DNA of 63,150 bases, the filler included, from Globobulimina sp. (taxonomy: Eukaryota): the NCBI GenBank assembly GCA_003354225.1. It is 44 parts of 44 records of this genome, joined end to end, with 100 filler letters (N's around TTAATTAATTAA, not from the genome) between each part and the next. Parts side by side here need not be neighbours in the genome. Positions count along the whole stretch, not along the records: positions 35,954 to 37,290 come from PIVH01018420.1; positions 37,391 to 38,727 come from PIVH01018421.1; positions 38,828 to 40,164 come from PIVH01018422.1; positions 40,265 to 41,601 come from PIVH01018423.1; positions 41,702 to 43,038 come from PIVH01018424.1; positions 43,139 to 44,475 come from PIVH01018425.1; positions 44,576 to 45,912 come from PIVH01018426.1; positions 46,013 to 47,349 come from PIVH01018427.1; 36 more parts are not named here. The stretch is one strand, 5' to 3'. Position 1 is the first letter of the stretch. Each line of letters opens with the position of its first letter. This document shows positions 35,954-48,435 of this stretch, piece after piece. Below the pieces are notes generated by a model. The model saw nothing but the letters and a program-made list of their open reading frames with translations, did no database searches and was not told where the DNA came from. A program made the translations under genes and the position numbers.

Positions 35954-37285
35954 TCTTATTTGATGATTATTTTTTTTTTTCGTATCATTTAAATCAAGCA
36001 CAACAGACTCATTTTCTCGTTCGGCGATAAAATCATTGTACAATAAGTTCGTGTTTGTACTAAATATATTATTATGCAAAATATTTGTAATTTGATCATT
36101 ATTCACTAATTCACAAATTTTGAATTCAATTTGATTTGATAACAAATCAATTAATGATTGCTGACTATGCATATTGTCATTGAATGCTTGCTGCGTCCAC
36201 CAAACGCAGACCGTATACGCCATTCTCATTTCTGCCTTAATTTCTAACCAATTTCTCCACTCGCACGCAACACAAACATTTTGATTAGTAATTGGATCCA
36301 CTATACACACCACCTTGGCGCATTTTATTTTTTTTACCACTTTTGCCATTGGATATTCTTGAATTATAATCATATCTTGTTGAGGATCGAAAATATAGCC
36401 AAAATACCAAAAAAAGGCAATCAAAATCTCTAAATCGCTGCAACGTTTATCTTTATATAATGAATGTATTAAAATGGTCATCAACAAATAGGCATAGCTC
36501 GATAGATATTTTCGCCAATTCGAGTTAATGTCTCTTTGTTTGGACCAGTGTTTTATGAATGAAATATTTTGTCGGATGGAATAATTATACGTTTCTGTCA
36601 ATTGCTTTAACCATTGCTTAATTATTCCGTTTCTGGTACAAATGGATCCGCTATCAACTGAGATGTCGGCTGAAAACTGAACACTATGATGTGTGATTTC
36701 TAAACATGGATATTTTGTACCTTTTATGCGGCACGAAAATACCGCATATAAATAATGTTGGATATATTGTTGTAAGTTATCTAAAACGTCCTTCTTAAAC
36801 CATTTATTGTTATTATCGATGTCAAATGATTGACACACAATTGCTATATCATAATCTGATGATTTTAACGAAGTGCGGTGTAACATTGAACCATATGCCA
36901 CTAATTTGTATGATAACATCTTTGAAAATGTATACAAGCTAATAACTGAGTGTATACTCATTTCAATAGAATTTAATAATGATTTATCAATCGTTTTTTC
37001 TTGAATGGTTTTACATGAAAAAGTGCAATAAAATTGTTTTAAACTATCGGCAAAATATGAAATGTGTTGCGCACTATCTGATACACACCAACTTGTGTTT
37101 AAATATTCAAATATTATCATTACAATGGATTTAATGTCAGTTTCAGTAAATAATTGGGAGACGCGTATGTTTACCGTTGCAATCCAATAAGAGATAAAAA
37201 GCAACTTTGATTCTGGCTTGAATAACGACTGATTGATTGCGTCATCGCAAACAATCCTGAACTGATCCAAAGAATCTGCTGACAT
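35954..37285 (-). CDS. Cid1/Trf4-family terminal nucleotidyltransferase (TUTase or non-canonical PAP)
   Basis: YGS....SSDYDI, third Asp in ADISV, IKHWSKQRDIN, LSSYAYLLM and IVDP..NQNV. Confidence 0.85.
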
Positions 37286-37390
37286 TTACANNNNNNNNNN
37301 NNNNNNNNNNNNNNNNNNNNNNNNNNNNNNNNNNTTAATTAATTAANNNNNNNNNNNNNNNNNNNNNNNNNNNNNNNNNNNNNNNNNNNN

Positions 37391-38727
37391 GTAAAATTCA
37401 GAAAAAAACAGCTAAAAGTTACATAGTTATTTTTTTGCCAGGGTTAGATTTTCTGTAAATTTGTGGCTTTCTTAGTTATATGTAATTGCCTACTTAGCAT
37501 TGTGTTTGTTGTGAGATTGTATTGTCTAGAAAAGTTAACATGTGTAGAACGATAATTGACATAGGTTTTGTGTAACAATATGTATCGATTTTACCAGAAA
37601 TGATAAATATGGCGTCACTTTGCGTCAGCTGGCGCTAAGGCGTCGACTAGGAATACAAAAATGGTTGTTCTGAGATAGTCAACCTCACTTTTAAGTTTGT
37701 GAAATCGATACGTATACATTTTGGTACCAAATTTTCACAATTGTTTGACGCATTATCAATGTGGCGTCGTCTTGCGCCATATGGCGCAGATTAAATATGC
37801 TTTGATGTTTTTAGAATAAATGTTTCGACTTGAATCGTGTTGAAAAGTACCTAAAAGTATATTTATTGTAGACTTTAAAAGCCTATAATCTTATCATACT
37901 ACAAAAGTTCTGGTGTTTGACCATTGTCTATGTCAAATATTGGACACGTCATCCCTGATTGAGGGGATTGCAAAAGTCGGACAGAGTTAAAAATAGTACA
38001 GTCGTGTTCAGCGTGTCCGAATTAGCCGGAATCGTCTAGTTTTACTGTTTTTTACCGTAACTTTTCTATTCCTACACTTTTTTCAACTGTTACTTCAATA
38101 GTCAAAAATAGTCGAAAAGTGTTCGTTTTCATTCAAAGGGCTAGATCCCCCGCAAAACGCGGTCGAATCGCAAAATTAAAAAAACCAGTACGTAGCTCTT
38201 GTAACGGCGGATAAAACGGCTAGAGCGGATTTTTCATTTAGGTCCTAGATTTTGCGAAAACGAGCCCGAAAAACGTGGTGTCGTGACTTTTTGACCATAC
38301 TAGTCTTGGTTCAACGGAAGCTGGCGGATCAACGGGTGACGGAATTTTACCTATGTTGACACCGTTGGATGCAGCACAGTATGGCGGTTCTAATCGTCAC
38401 CCAAATGACCCAAATCCTGCTTTTAGTGAGCGAGCAGCGTCAAAAAACTTGAAAAAATTCTCGTGAAAAAAGTGAAATTTTTGCCCCGAAAAGTGACCCA
38501 TGTTTGAAAGGTCATAACTTCGGAACCCAAGGTAGTCGAGAGTCCCGGTTTATTTCATTAGATAGATAGTTGCCCAAAGAATGTACACAAGAAATTTCAG
38601 CTTTCTAGCTTAATCGGCCAAGGCTACAAGCTATTTTGAAAAAGTGTGAAAATTCGCTTTTTTTGTTCGATGACGTCATCGTTGGTCACGTGACGTACGA
38701 AAAGCGGCGATTATGGGGTTAGACAGA
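37391..38727. repeat. ORF-free, palindrome-rich non-coding contig, probably a non-autonomous DNA element
   Basis: No ORF of 60 aa or more; CG-rich palindromes (TGACGTCA, GTCACGTGAC, TGCGCCATATGGCGCA); CATAACT motifs as in contig 30205-31542. Confidence 0.4.
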
Positions 38728-38889
38728 NNNNNNNNNNNNNNNNNNNNNNNNNNNNNNNNNNNNNNNNNNNNTTAATTAATTAANNNNNNNNNNNNNNNNN
38801 NNNNNNNNNNNNNNNNNNNNNNNNNNNTACAACAATGTAATTTCATTAATATATAAATATAGCTAATATAGTATAATAAATGATGATCA

Positions 38890-39525
38890 TTAATTTTCTT
38901 CATTTAACCAATCAGGCATTAATCTATTTTTATCAGTCATAGGAACATCCTTTTTTGTATCATCACGGCTCAATCCACCACTTAACATTCCTTTACTTCT
39001 CAACATAATTAATGATGGATGCAGTTCTCGTTTTTTATAACTATTTGCAGCCGCATTGAACATTGGCTTCCATTCCTTCACTCTGCTCGTTTTCCTCACA
39101 ATTTCAGGATTTTTATTCATATAATCGTTATCTGAATAATCTTCCATTTCATTGCAATTGATATCGTTTCTGTTATTTTTATGACCAATTATATCTTGAT
39201 TATATTTATTTTTATGCGGTGAGTTTGAACATTTGTTGACATAGTAAGTAGTTACTGATCGACTCGTTGGTCTTTGTTTTGGTTTTGTAATAGCAATGGT
39301 TTTAATTTTTTTTTCTTTTTTAGTTTCTGTAACTGGTTTATTCTCAATTTCTTCTTCATGTAACCATTCAGGAATCGCTCGATGTTTATCATCGAAATCT
39401 ATTTCATTCCATCTTTGCTTTAATTTGTTCACCTTATTTTTTGATGTAAGTGCTAATAGTGATGGATGTTTCTCGTGAACAAGCTCTGCGTCTGACTTCC
39501 AAACTGGATAGAGTGTATTATCCAT
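38890..39525 (-). CDS. Hypothetical protein with an internal motif repeat
   Basis: HPSL...IPEWLHEEE and HPSL...MPDWLNEEN occur twice. Confidence 0.55.
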   Translation of the reverse strand: MDNTLYPVWKSDAELVHEKHPSLLALTSKNKVNKLKQRWNEIDFDDKHRAIPEWLHEEEIENKPVTETKKEKKIKTIAITKPKQRPTSRSVTTYYVNKCSNSPHKNKYNQDIIGHKNNRNDINCNEMEDYSDNDYMNKNPEIVRKTSRVKEWKPMFNAAANSYKKRELHPSLIMLRSKGMLSGGLSRDDTKKDVPMTDKNRLMPDWLNEEN

Positions 39526-39750
39526 GATTTTAAAAATACGATTTTTGAGTTGATAAAGTTAAACACTGTTTATGCTTCAGCACCGTCGAATTTTTCCAAT
39601 ATGTGATGATTTACCATACCCATTTATATACCATTTATATCTTTTTTTTTTAAATAAAAATCAGTTAGTGTCACATAATGTCGATAAAACTGTCACTGAA
39701 AAAAAAAAACATTTTTAGCTTTGCATTAAACTATCCTTCGTAACACAGTG

Positions 39751-40164
39751 ATGGACGTGCATGATGCGTTATGGCCAGAAGGTGGTAACAAGCAATTATT
39801 TTACGGAATGGTTCATTACATTCAACAAATACTGCAAGATCACGGCACGCATCTTATAAGCAGCGAATTAATAAAACTGTACAAAATCAAAGCAGACATG
39901 ACCTCATTATTAGAAACCATCAATGGCGTTGATTTCAAAATACCTGATTTAAATTTTACGTTACCAGGACTTTATAAATTCTACAATAACACAATCGAAG
40001 AAACCGAAGAAACCGAAGCCGAAGCCGAGCTAATCTCAAATTATAACCCAAACGCAAACCTACTCCCAACAATCCCGATTGTATCCAGTTTGTCTTCCAG
40101 CTGCAGGCGGGCATCGACGCCCATTTTGTCCAACATTTCCTCCGCCTCCTCCTCCCCAAATAAT
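39751..40164 (+). CDS. Hypothetical protein, N-terminal part
   Basis: Open frame to the contig end. Confidence 0.45.
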
Positions 40165-40264
40165 NNNNNNNNNNNNNNNNNNNNNNNNNNNNNNNNNNNN
40201 NNNNNNNNTTAATTAATTAANNNNNNNNNNNNNNNNNNNNNNNNNNNNNNNNNNNNNNNNNNNN

Positions 40265-41299
40265 GAGCCATTTAAAGCTTTCTGGAATGCATAATCTTTG
40301 CCATTTATATGCATCAAACCATGTTTTAACTCTACACTCCATTCATTTTTTTTCCTCACAACCTTTGTGAATTGACATATTATTTTATCCGATGGATCTA
40401 AGTCCTCTCCATCATCGGTATCATCATCCTCTGAATTTAACGGTGCGTACAAATCACGCCCATTCACAAAATGGGTGGTCTTCTCTTTCTCTTTCACTTC
40501 ATCCTCATCATCATTCTCATTCTCCTCTTTATCACTCCTTTTCTTATTGTTGGTGTTATCTTTGATATCTTTTTGTTCCTCATTGTCATCCTCATCCTCG
40601 TCGTCGTCATCATCATCAAATCCCACAGTGGTTGGTTTCATTGGTGGCGGACCATCCATTTGTGGTAAATTATAAGTATTTAAATTCTGTAATAACGTTT
40701 TTATTTTTATTTTTTTGCGCAAGGATATAGGAAAAACGTACTGGCAAAGGATGAGTGAATGGGTTATGAACTTGATCAATTTGAGGCACCCCAAGACCTT
40801 GAATATGTGGATTATTTCTGGGATAATTTGGTTGGATAATATTTGGGGCATTTTGCAGTGGCGGCGGGATGTTATTATTCCTATTGTTGCTGTTTAATTT
40901 TTGTCTTTTTCGTTGTGGAGCCATATCAGTGATATCAATATTGGCATCATCGTCATTTGATAATTGCGTAAATGAGGCTTGCGGCGGTTGGACTGGATTG
41001 AACTCATTGGCATTGTTATTTGGATTATTGTTGGACACAATGTCGGTTTGGTTTGTATTGGTTGGATTTGTAGTGGTTTCTATGAGATTAAAACCCATCA
41101 TATTCTTATTATCAATGCAATGCGATTTATGAAGGTTTTCTTTCCATTTTGCTTGTAATTTATTCACAATTTCTGTGGCTTCTTCCTCATCTTTTCCTTT
41201 CTTTTTCAAGTCTTTTTTTAAATGATCAATCACATAATCTATGACACCAAAATATAAACGGAAGGAGTCTTGCGCCAAAGTTGTATGTAAAGTTGACAT
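40265..41299 (-). CDS. TOA1: Transcription initiation factor IIA large (alpha/beta) subunit; intron 40687-40741
   Basis: N-terminal YFGVIDYVI..LQAKWKENL; C-terminal LNSEDD..IICQFTKVVRKKNEW..LKHGLMHINGKDYAFQKA; the splice HPLP|NLNT restores the frame. Confidence 0.9.
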
Positions 41300-41715
41300 T
41301 ATTTTGCTTATGTTAAGGTTTTGTGTTTGGGTAAAAAACAGTAAAAAAACAATAATCATGGCTGAAATGTCAGACATAATTGGAACCAACGCAACAGAAG
41401 AACCAGAGTTTTGTGCCGAAACACCAAGTAAATTTGATATAACTGTATTTCCAAACGCCAGTCGAATCAATATCTTTGAAAAAGGCATGCATTTAATATA
41501 TTCGATCTTGTTTTTTAATAATAGCAACATTGCACTTTAATATGAAACGTGTAGAATCAGAAAAAAAAACAATAATGGCACCAAATGCTCAGTTACGACC
41601 ANNNNNNNNNNNNNNNNNNNNNNNNNNNNNNNNNNNNNNNNNNNNTTAATTAATTAANNNNNNNNNNNNNNNNNNNNNNNNNNNNNNNNNNNNNNNNNNN
41701 NATTTTAGGGATAAG

Positions 41716-43038
41716 TCGTTTTCGAAATCTATCCTTCGTCTCACAGTTTGACTTCCTTTGATATCGATTTGTGGAGTAAATGGAAACTTTACAATGCCAA
41801 AACAAATGCGCCACTGCCAGATACTTATCCTTGCGCACCCAAAAATCTTGCTCATTTTACCATGTGGGAAGAAGTTATTGTTCAAATCGGTGACAAAATA
41901 GCGTTTCTTACAAATGGTAAAAACTATTAACTAATTATCCGTTCACCAATATTTGAACATTTCAGGAAATTGGCCTTGGTACGCTTACTTCCATTATGTA
42001 TACAATTATGGTTCGAGTCCCAACAATTCTTGGATGGGTGAAGCGTTGTGCTCCGCGAAAGACACAAATTTACAATATAATAATGTGGCACTGGATCCTA
42101 CAAAAACTCATAATTCTGGCTTTATAAAAAGAATGAACTGGCTGTCAAATAACAGAGAAATAGAAACGTTTGGACGCTTTCCCTTTCCCATGGCACAAAG
42201 TTTGAAAATGCTTATTAACAAAGTCGGGATGAGAATAACGCTTCGGCATGCGAAAGACAAGTTTAGGTACTTGCAAATTTTTTTAAATTTTCAATCACTA
42301 ACGTTGTCGATTGCAGACTTATGTATGACAGCACCCAAGAAGATAAAGATCCTAAACTTAAACTGATGGATTGCAAACTAAAGATTGTACGAAAGGATCT
42401 GCAAGAAGGTTTGACTAACGCATATAATTCACAGTTGGCTATGGGAATCCCGATCAAGTACAACTTTAACAGAATAGAAAGTAAATTTTTCATAAAAACT
42501 TATCTCTTGCTTATACTAATATTACATTTTACAGTTCTTGGTCCTATAGAAGTTCAAATCGGTCAAAGCAGACTCGACGCTACAATATGCAATGGACAGA
42601 TGCCCTTGCAAGTATTCATGTTTTCTATAAAAACTCTTGCTGCCGTAGGTTCGGCTACAAACAATCCATTTCTATTTGATCCAGGAACATTAAAGACAGC
42701 TCAATGTAAAACTTTCTTTTTGTTTATTTACAAAAATCATAGCGATATTTTCAGGTGAGTTCGAAGGCACCAGAGTACCGTCGGTGGCTTACAGCCCAAC
42801 ATTTGATGGACCATCTGGGCTAAAATATATCGTGGCCCACGAATACATGGAATTTATGAAAGCTTTGGGTGTGACAAAAGACAGTAACATGGGTCCTCCT
42901 ATAACAATGCAAGATTTTGCTCACAATGACGCAGTGCTGACATTTCCCATGTCCAACGACGTCGTGTCAGAAGCTTACACTCAAGAAGTTCCCCAAGGAA
43001 GAACTTCGATTCATTTGGAACTTGATCCACCTAAACTT
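41716..43038 (+). CDS. Polinton/Maverick/adintovirus-type major capsid protein with four introns (41917-41965, 42267-42316, 42481-42534, 42706-42754), partial
   Basis: The spliced product has collinear MCP motifs: VFEIYP, APKN.AHFTMWEEVIVQIGD, WPWYAYF..YNYG, KDT, NSGFIKR, KMLINKVGMRITL, KYNFNRIE, GQMP, GSATNNPFLF, EGTRVPS..YSPTF, ITMQDF, GRTSIHLE. Confidence 0.8.
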
Positions 43039-43138
43039 NNNNNNNNNNNNNNNNNNNNNNNNNNNNNNNNNNNNNNNNNNNNTTAATTAATTAANNNNNN
43101 NNNNNNNNNNNNNNNNNNNNNNNNNNNNNNNNNNNNNN

Positions 43139-43942
43139 TGACCGTAATTCGCCATCCCCCACTAACACAAGATTTGCATCATATCCTTCATCAAGAACTT
43201 TCTTCAATGAGTCAACAAGAACAAGTTGACCTTTTTGAGGGGCAAGCCTTCCCACACATACAAATGTTTTAGAGTTTACATTAATTGTGTCTAATGTATC
43301 AAAAAATTCATCGCCGACTGTACATCGAACCACATGTATTTTTACCCAATTTTCATAACTAGCCCATCGGCGAAGCTGCGCTGAGCAAAAATCAGTAATT
43401 GCAATTACAAATGATGCGTCTTTAATTTTTCCTTCCAGATCTATTCCTATAGGATCATCAAATTCTGCAGGGCCATGAACTGTAAAACTATAAGTCGGGC
43501 CACCCAAATGCAAAGATAGTCTAGCAACGGAACAGGGATTTGTGCCAAAATGAACATGAAAATGTTGAATGCCAAATTCCGTAGAAATATTAAATATAGT
43601 GCATGCCTCAAAAAAGTAGGCTAAATATTTGTGTATATCGCGTCCTGACTTAAATCCCATTTTTATTGCCAAACAAAAAGTTTTTATAAACTTGGCTGGA
43701 GAATATCGTATTACTTTGATCAAATTTTTTATATGCTCTATAGCTGGAAGAGAAAGGCAATGGATCGTTTTGGATGTTTCTTTTTGATCAGCCGGGTCCA
43801 CACTTTTTACTTTTGATTTACGTATAGCGACCCTTACTACTTTATTACCCCTAGATTCTATCTCTCGTAGTTCGCGCCTTATAAACGTATGACTAACTTC
43901 TGGGTATGTTGTTGTTAGATAACCAATAACCATTTTCGCCAT
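43139..43942 (-). CDS. Bacterial glycosyltransferase family 4 (WcaL-like), partial
   Basis: YPEVSHTFIRRE, HFHVHFG, YSFTVHG, VGRLAPQKG, LVGDGELR. Confidence 0.9.
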
Positions 43943-43982
43943 ATCTTAATCCCTTTTCTGAAAACGCAATGCTTGTTCTATT

Positions 43983-44440
43983 TTAATCCAGATTATATGT
44001 ATAATCATTTCTATTAATAATTCTTTTTAATTGCTCTTCCCTTAAATATTTTACAGCATCTATGGGAAGTTGCTTTTCTGTCTTTTTAATGGCAGCATCC
44101 ATATATCCGATCATCCGATATAAACCGGAAATAAAATATGGCCTTTCATAAACCATTTTATAAATGGCTTTAAAAACCATGAACAAGGGATGGGTACCAA
44201 CACCATAGTCAGTTCTCCCTATATTATATCTGGCGCGTAACAAAGTACCTCCACCACCTGTTCCTACCGGCCTGTTGTGTTTAACAATTACATCTTCAAA
44301 TGACCATGTCTGCCAACCTTTCATCCTAGCCATTATTTCAGTCCCTGTATCTTCTCCACCATATTTAAAAGCTATATATCCCCCAATTTGCTCATAGCAT
44401 TCACGGCGGAACACCTGAATTGCTTTTGGTGTAGACCGTC
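43983..44440 (-). CDS. Bacterial glycosyltransferase family 2, C-terminal part
   Basis: FRRECYEQIGG..GGED..ARMKGW motif; operon-like spacing with the GT4 gene (GGGA RBS). Confidence 0.8.
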
Positions 44441-44575
44441 GATCGATGTCTCAGATTTCCCATATATTATTTTTTNNNNNNNNNNNNNNNNNNNNNNNNN
44501 NNNNNNNNNNNNNNNNNNNTTAATTAATTAANNNNNNNNNNNNNNNNNNNNNNNNNNNNNNNNNNNNNNNNNNNN

Positions 44576-45912
44576 TCGCTAATAATCAAAAAACAATGTT
44601 AACAAAATTGACGCAAATATCCAACTCAAAACAATTGAAAATAACCGCAATTTCGCAACAATTAGAAGCAGAACAAAAAAATACCAAACATGCAATTAAA
44701 AGTTGTAACGAATTTGTGCAGAATATTAATATTGAAAGAAATGTTCGACAAAACAAGATAATGTCAATAGTTGATGCTGTGATAAATGATGAAATACCAC
44801 AAAATATACCTGTTTCAGCTGATATTTTTTTCGAATTTAACAAAGACCGGATATCATCAGTTATGTTCTCATAAATCTTATGTAGTCTCTGTCCGTTAAA
44901 CAGAACAATAATTTCTAAAATAATGATTATATATAATTATATACAGAGTATATCCAACTTTGCAGATGTTTTTGCTGAAACAAATGCTGTTGTAATCATT
45001 GAGGATATTCATTGTAAACCAACGCGAACAAAATGCACAGTTAATATTTGTTAATTGATTAATATCAAAATAATTTTTATGCATTTTAAGATTGAATGGA
45101 AAGCAGGAATTTGTGGACAAGATTTTGATAGAAAAATAAGAGGCAAATTATATATGAAAATTAGAAATATAAATAAAGAAATTGATGAGAAAGAGAAAGA
45201 CCAATTGGATTCAGATTTTATTGTTTTTAATGCAAATAAAACACATTATCAATATAAAATGAGTGATTTACAAAAAGATACATTGTATCAAATGAAAATA
45301 TGTTTATTTGAAGCAACAGCAAATAATAATATTATGGAACGAAATGATGTTAAACCCGTATTATTTCATTTTGAAACATCATCATCTGAGTTTTTGGAAA
45401 AAGCATTTATTTATGAATCAGATTATGATGAAAATGGAATATTATATTTTTTGGGAACAAATTATGGTAAAGAAGTATGGCAAAATCCTGCAAAAAGAGG
45501 TCTAGTCACATTAAATTCATCTAAATGGGGACATGGCTCCATCAATGATATGGGTGGTCGAACTTATACTCTATCATATTCAAGTCATATCGAAGGTGCC
45601 TGGGTTACAATTGATTTTGGTGACAAACTGAAAATAAAAGCAAATGCATATACATTGCAATACAGTAACACTGAGGGTGGGTTGAAATGTTATTTAAGAA
45701 ATTGGAATTTTGAAGGAAGTAATGATGGATCAAAGTGGTCAATAATCAAAAAACACGCAAATGATACAACCTTTACTAAAAACCAAGAATCTCATACGTG
45801 GGTATTAACGGATTGTAATGAATATTATCAATATTTCAGACTTAAAATGACAGGAAAAACTGTAGACGGTCATTGGTATTTTACATATGCGATGTTGGAA
45901 ATGTATGGATAT
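44576..45912 (+). CDS. Coiled-coil/FN3 protein with a HECTD1-like discoidin (F5/8C) domain, multi-exon, partial
   Basis: FIYESDYDENGILYFLGTN..WQNPAKRGLV, WVTIDFG, YLRNWNFEGSNDGSKW, YQYFRL. Confidence 0.75.
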
Positions 45913-46012
45913 NNNNNNNNNNNNNNNNNNNNNNNNNNNNNNNNNNNNNNNNNNNNTTAATTAATTAANNNNNNNNNNNNNNNNNNNNNNNNNNNNNNNN
46001 NNNNNNNNNNNN

Positions 46013-47349
46013 ACAACCCCTCTCTATCACTTATACTCCAAACAACAGCGCGAAATCAAATTATCCGCCGCTTTGATCACGCAAATTGTCATCAAAACGC
46101 ATCCAAACTTCTCCTATTCAGTTGCTCAAATAATCGTTTCCTTCATCGAAATCGATTACGAAATCAAGGAATGCAAAATGTCGCTCAAAATCAACGACGA
46201 TGTGCAGTTATTATTTAGCAAAATGCGGCATAACAAGGACTTTTCCAACACTTTGTATAATATGTTTATCCGCGTCGATCGCAAATTATTTGTGCCCGAG
46301 CACGAGAAGGAAGAATGTAACAGCTACGACCGGCCCATTTCGTTGAATTACGGCGTCAGTTTATCCGCACCGCACATTCACGTCCATGCACTCAAACAAT
46401 TTGAATATTTGCTGTCCATCTCCAACGATGGCGAGTCGTGCGTCACTTTCTTGGACGTCGGCTGTGGAACGGGCTATGTCTGCACGTTGATGGCGGTTGG
46501 CATGGTATTGAATAATACGAACGAAAGTTATTTCAAATCGTATGGATGCATTTATAATCCACATTTATTGAAACAAGCGATCGAAGCTCAAAATAAGTTA
46601 AATTTATTACCGTTTATAGAGTTTAAGCATTCGAGCATCGACATGAACGATATTGGATGGAGTGAGAAGGCGCCGTTTGATGGCATTTATTGTGGTGCTG
46701 CCATCAAAGAGTCTGATGCTGTTTTGTTGAGGTCAGTTGTGTGCTGAGTGTTGATTTTTGTTTTTCTGCAGTTTCTGAGTTATAAATACCATCAAAATGA
46801 AGTAATTTGAATTATTTATAACTCAGAATTTGAAAAGGGAACAGTTGAAAATTGGCGGTTATTTGATGTGCGTTGTAGAGCATCGTGACTCCGCAGCAAA
46901 ACAAGTGATGAAATTGATTAAACGGATAAAAAAAACAGATTTTAGCCATAGCGCTGTTTCTGAAAATGAGAAATGCGAAACGAAGGAACAGAAAGAAGAG
47001 GAAAGCAAAGAAGTTGTGGAAAATGCTAAAACTGCGGGTAAGGCGCCGGTGGATGAGGAGGATACTAAACAGAATGCAGAAAATGATGATTTTCCGGATG
47101 ATTTTGATGGTTTAAAAGAAATACCGACGAGGAAATTGACTGAATATTTACGGTCGAAACAAATTGACCCGAAATCTGCAGAGTTTCATTGTATTGAAAA
47201 AGAGGATATTGTTAATTTGGTGTTGCGTATACAAAATGCGATGAATGTACTTGAAATTGAGGAGGAGGAAAAAAAGGAGGAATTAGATGATGAGGAGGAA
47301 GAATGTGAGAGTGAGAAGGAAAATATTTCAAAAATTAATAGCACTGATT
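46013..47349 (+). CDS. Protein-L-isoaspartate O-methyltransferase-like protein with an acidic C-terminal extension; intron 46732-46837
   Basis: VDRKLF, SAPHIH, LDVGCGTGY, GW.EKAPFDGIYCGAA; the splice gives LLR|EQLKIGG. Confidence 0.8.
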
Positions 47350-47648
47350 NNNNNNNNNNNNNNNNNNNNNNNNNNNNNNNNNNNNNNNNNNNNTTAATTA
47401 ATTAANNNNNNNNNNNNNNNNNNNNNNNNNNNNNNNNNNNNNNNNNNNNAATTGCAATAGACTAGTTTAAAGGAGCGTAGTGGGCGCATGTCTAGGGATC
47501 CTTAATTGCAATATCATGGTACCTAGGTTGTAGGTCTCAATTGTTATTGCGCAATATAAGAACAACCCCTAAACGAGTGAACAAATACAATCGAATAATA
47601 ATAACATATAATAGCACATATAATATTTATATTTTAATAATACTTTTC

Positions 47649-48206
47649 TTACATTTCATGACTTAATGGGTTAACAAATTCAAATTGATACACAAGAAAT
47701 GCTTTGTTTGTAGCATTATACGTAAATGTCATTGAACAATGCAACCACAATAAATAATCAGCATTACGTTCATGAGTATTAAAATACATTTTTATTCTAA
47801 TTTTACTTTTATTTTCCACACATTCGAAATACGGAAATGATTCAACTGCCATTGCACCATTTTCACGATGTTGACCAAATTCTAATGCAGTGTTCATCAA
47901 TTCCTCTTTTGATTCAATAAGAACTCCAATGTTTGGATTTATCATTGTAAAATCATTCGCCATATTTGGATATAATTCATTTTCCCATAAATCTAATCCT
48001 TTTGCTTGTAAATGGATGTTATCACTCGATAACCAATCCATTCCACGTAGAAATACTCCGGTTAACACTTGTAACTCCATATATAGTGCGCCATTACCCA
48101 TGAAATCATCACATCCAATGTCAGAATAATCAGATGATTTATCAGCGTTAAAACAAGATGATGAGACAATCATAAAAATTGATGCAAATAATAAGTGACA
48201 GTTCAT
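47649..48206 (-). CDS. Secreted hypothetical protein
   Basis: Complete ORF with a signal-peptide-like N-terminus. Confidence 0.55.
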   Translation of the reverse strand: MNCHLLFASIFMIVSSSCFNADKSSDYSDIGCDDFMGNGALYMELQVLTGVFLRGMDWLSSDNIHLQAKGLDLWENELYPNMANDFTMINPNIGVLIESKEELMNTALEFGQHRENGAMAVESFPYFECVENKSKIRIKMYFNTHERNADYLLWLHCSMTFTYNATNKAFLVYQFEFVNPLSHEM

Positions 48207-48269
48207 GTTTCACTGGTGTAATGTTTGCCTATTTAAATTACGCGAAAAACTTAATAATTATTAATAAAC

Positions 48270-48435
48270 ATGGGCAATAAATTAAGCACTTTACCAAATA
48301 CAAATACACATGGTTTAACTGTCAAAAAACGTGGATATTTCGCATTATTATTGGTCTCATTACAATTTGGGATCCAGCCATTTTTAAATGAATGGTATCT
48401 GTCTCACAAAAGTATAAAATCATCAGTCGTCATGG
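48270..48435 (+). CDS. Possible nucleotide-sugar transporter, first exon
   Basis: LLLVSLQFGIQPFL...KSSVVM resembles the SLC35A-type first TM. Confidence 0.45.

Noticed and set aside
41702-44475. Capsid gene next to glycosyltransferases as a giant-virus locus
   Set aside because: A spacer separates them, and the GT contig is an ordinary bacterial polysaccharide operon fragment.
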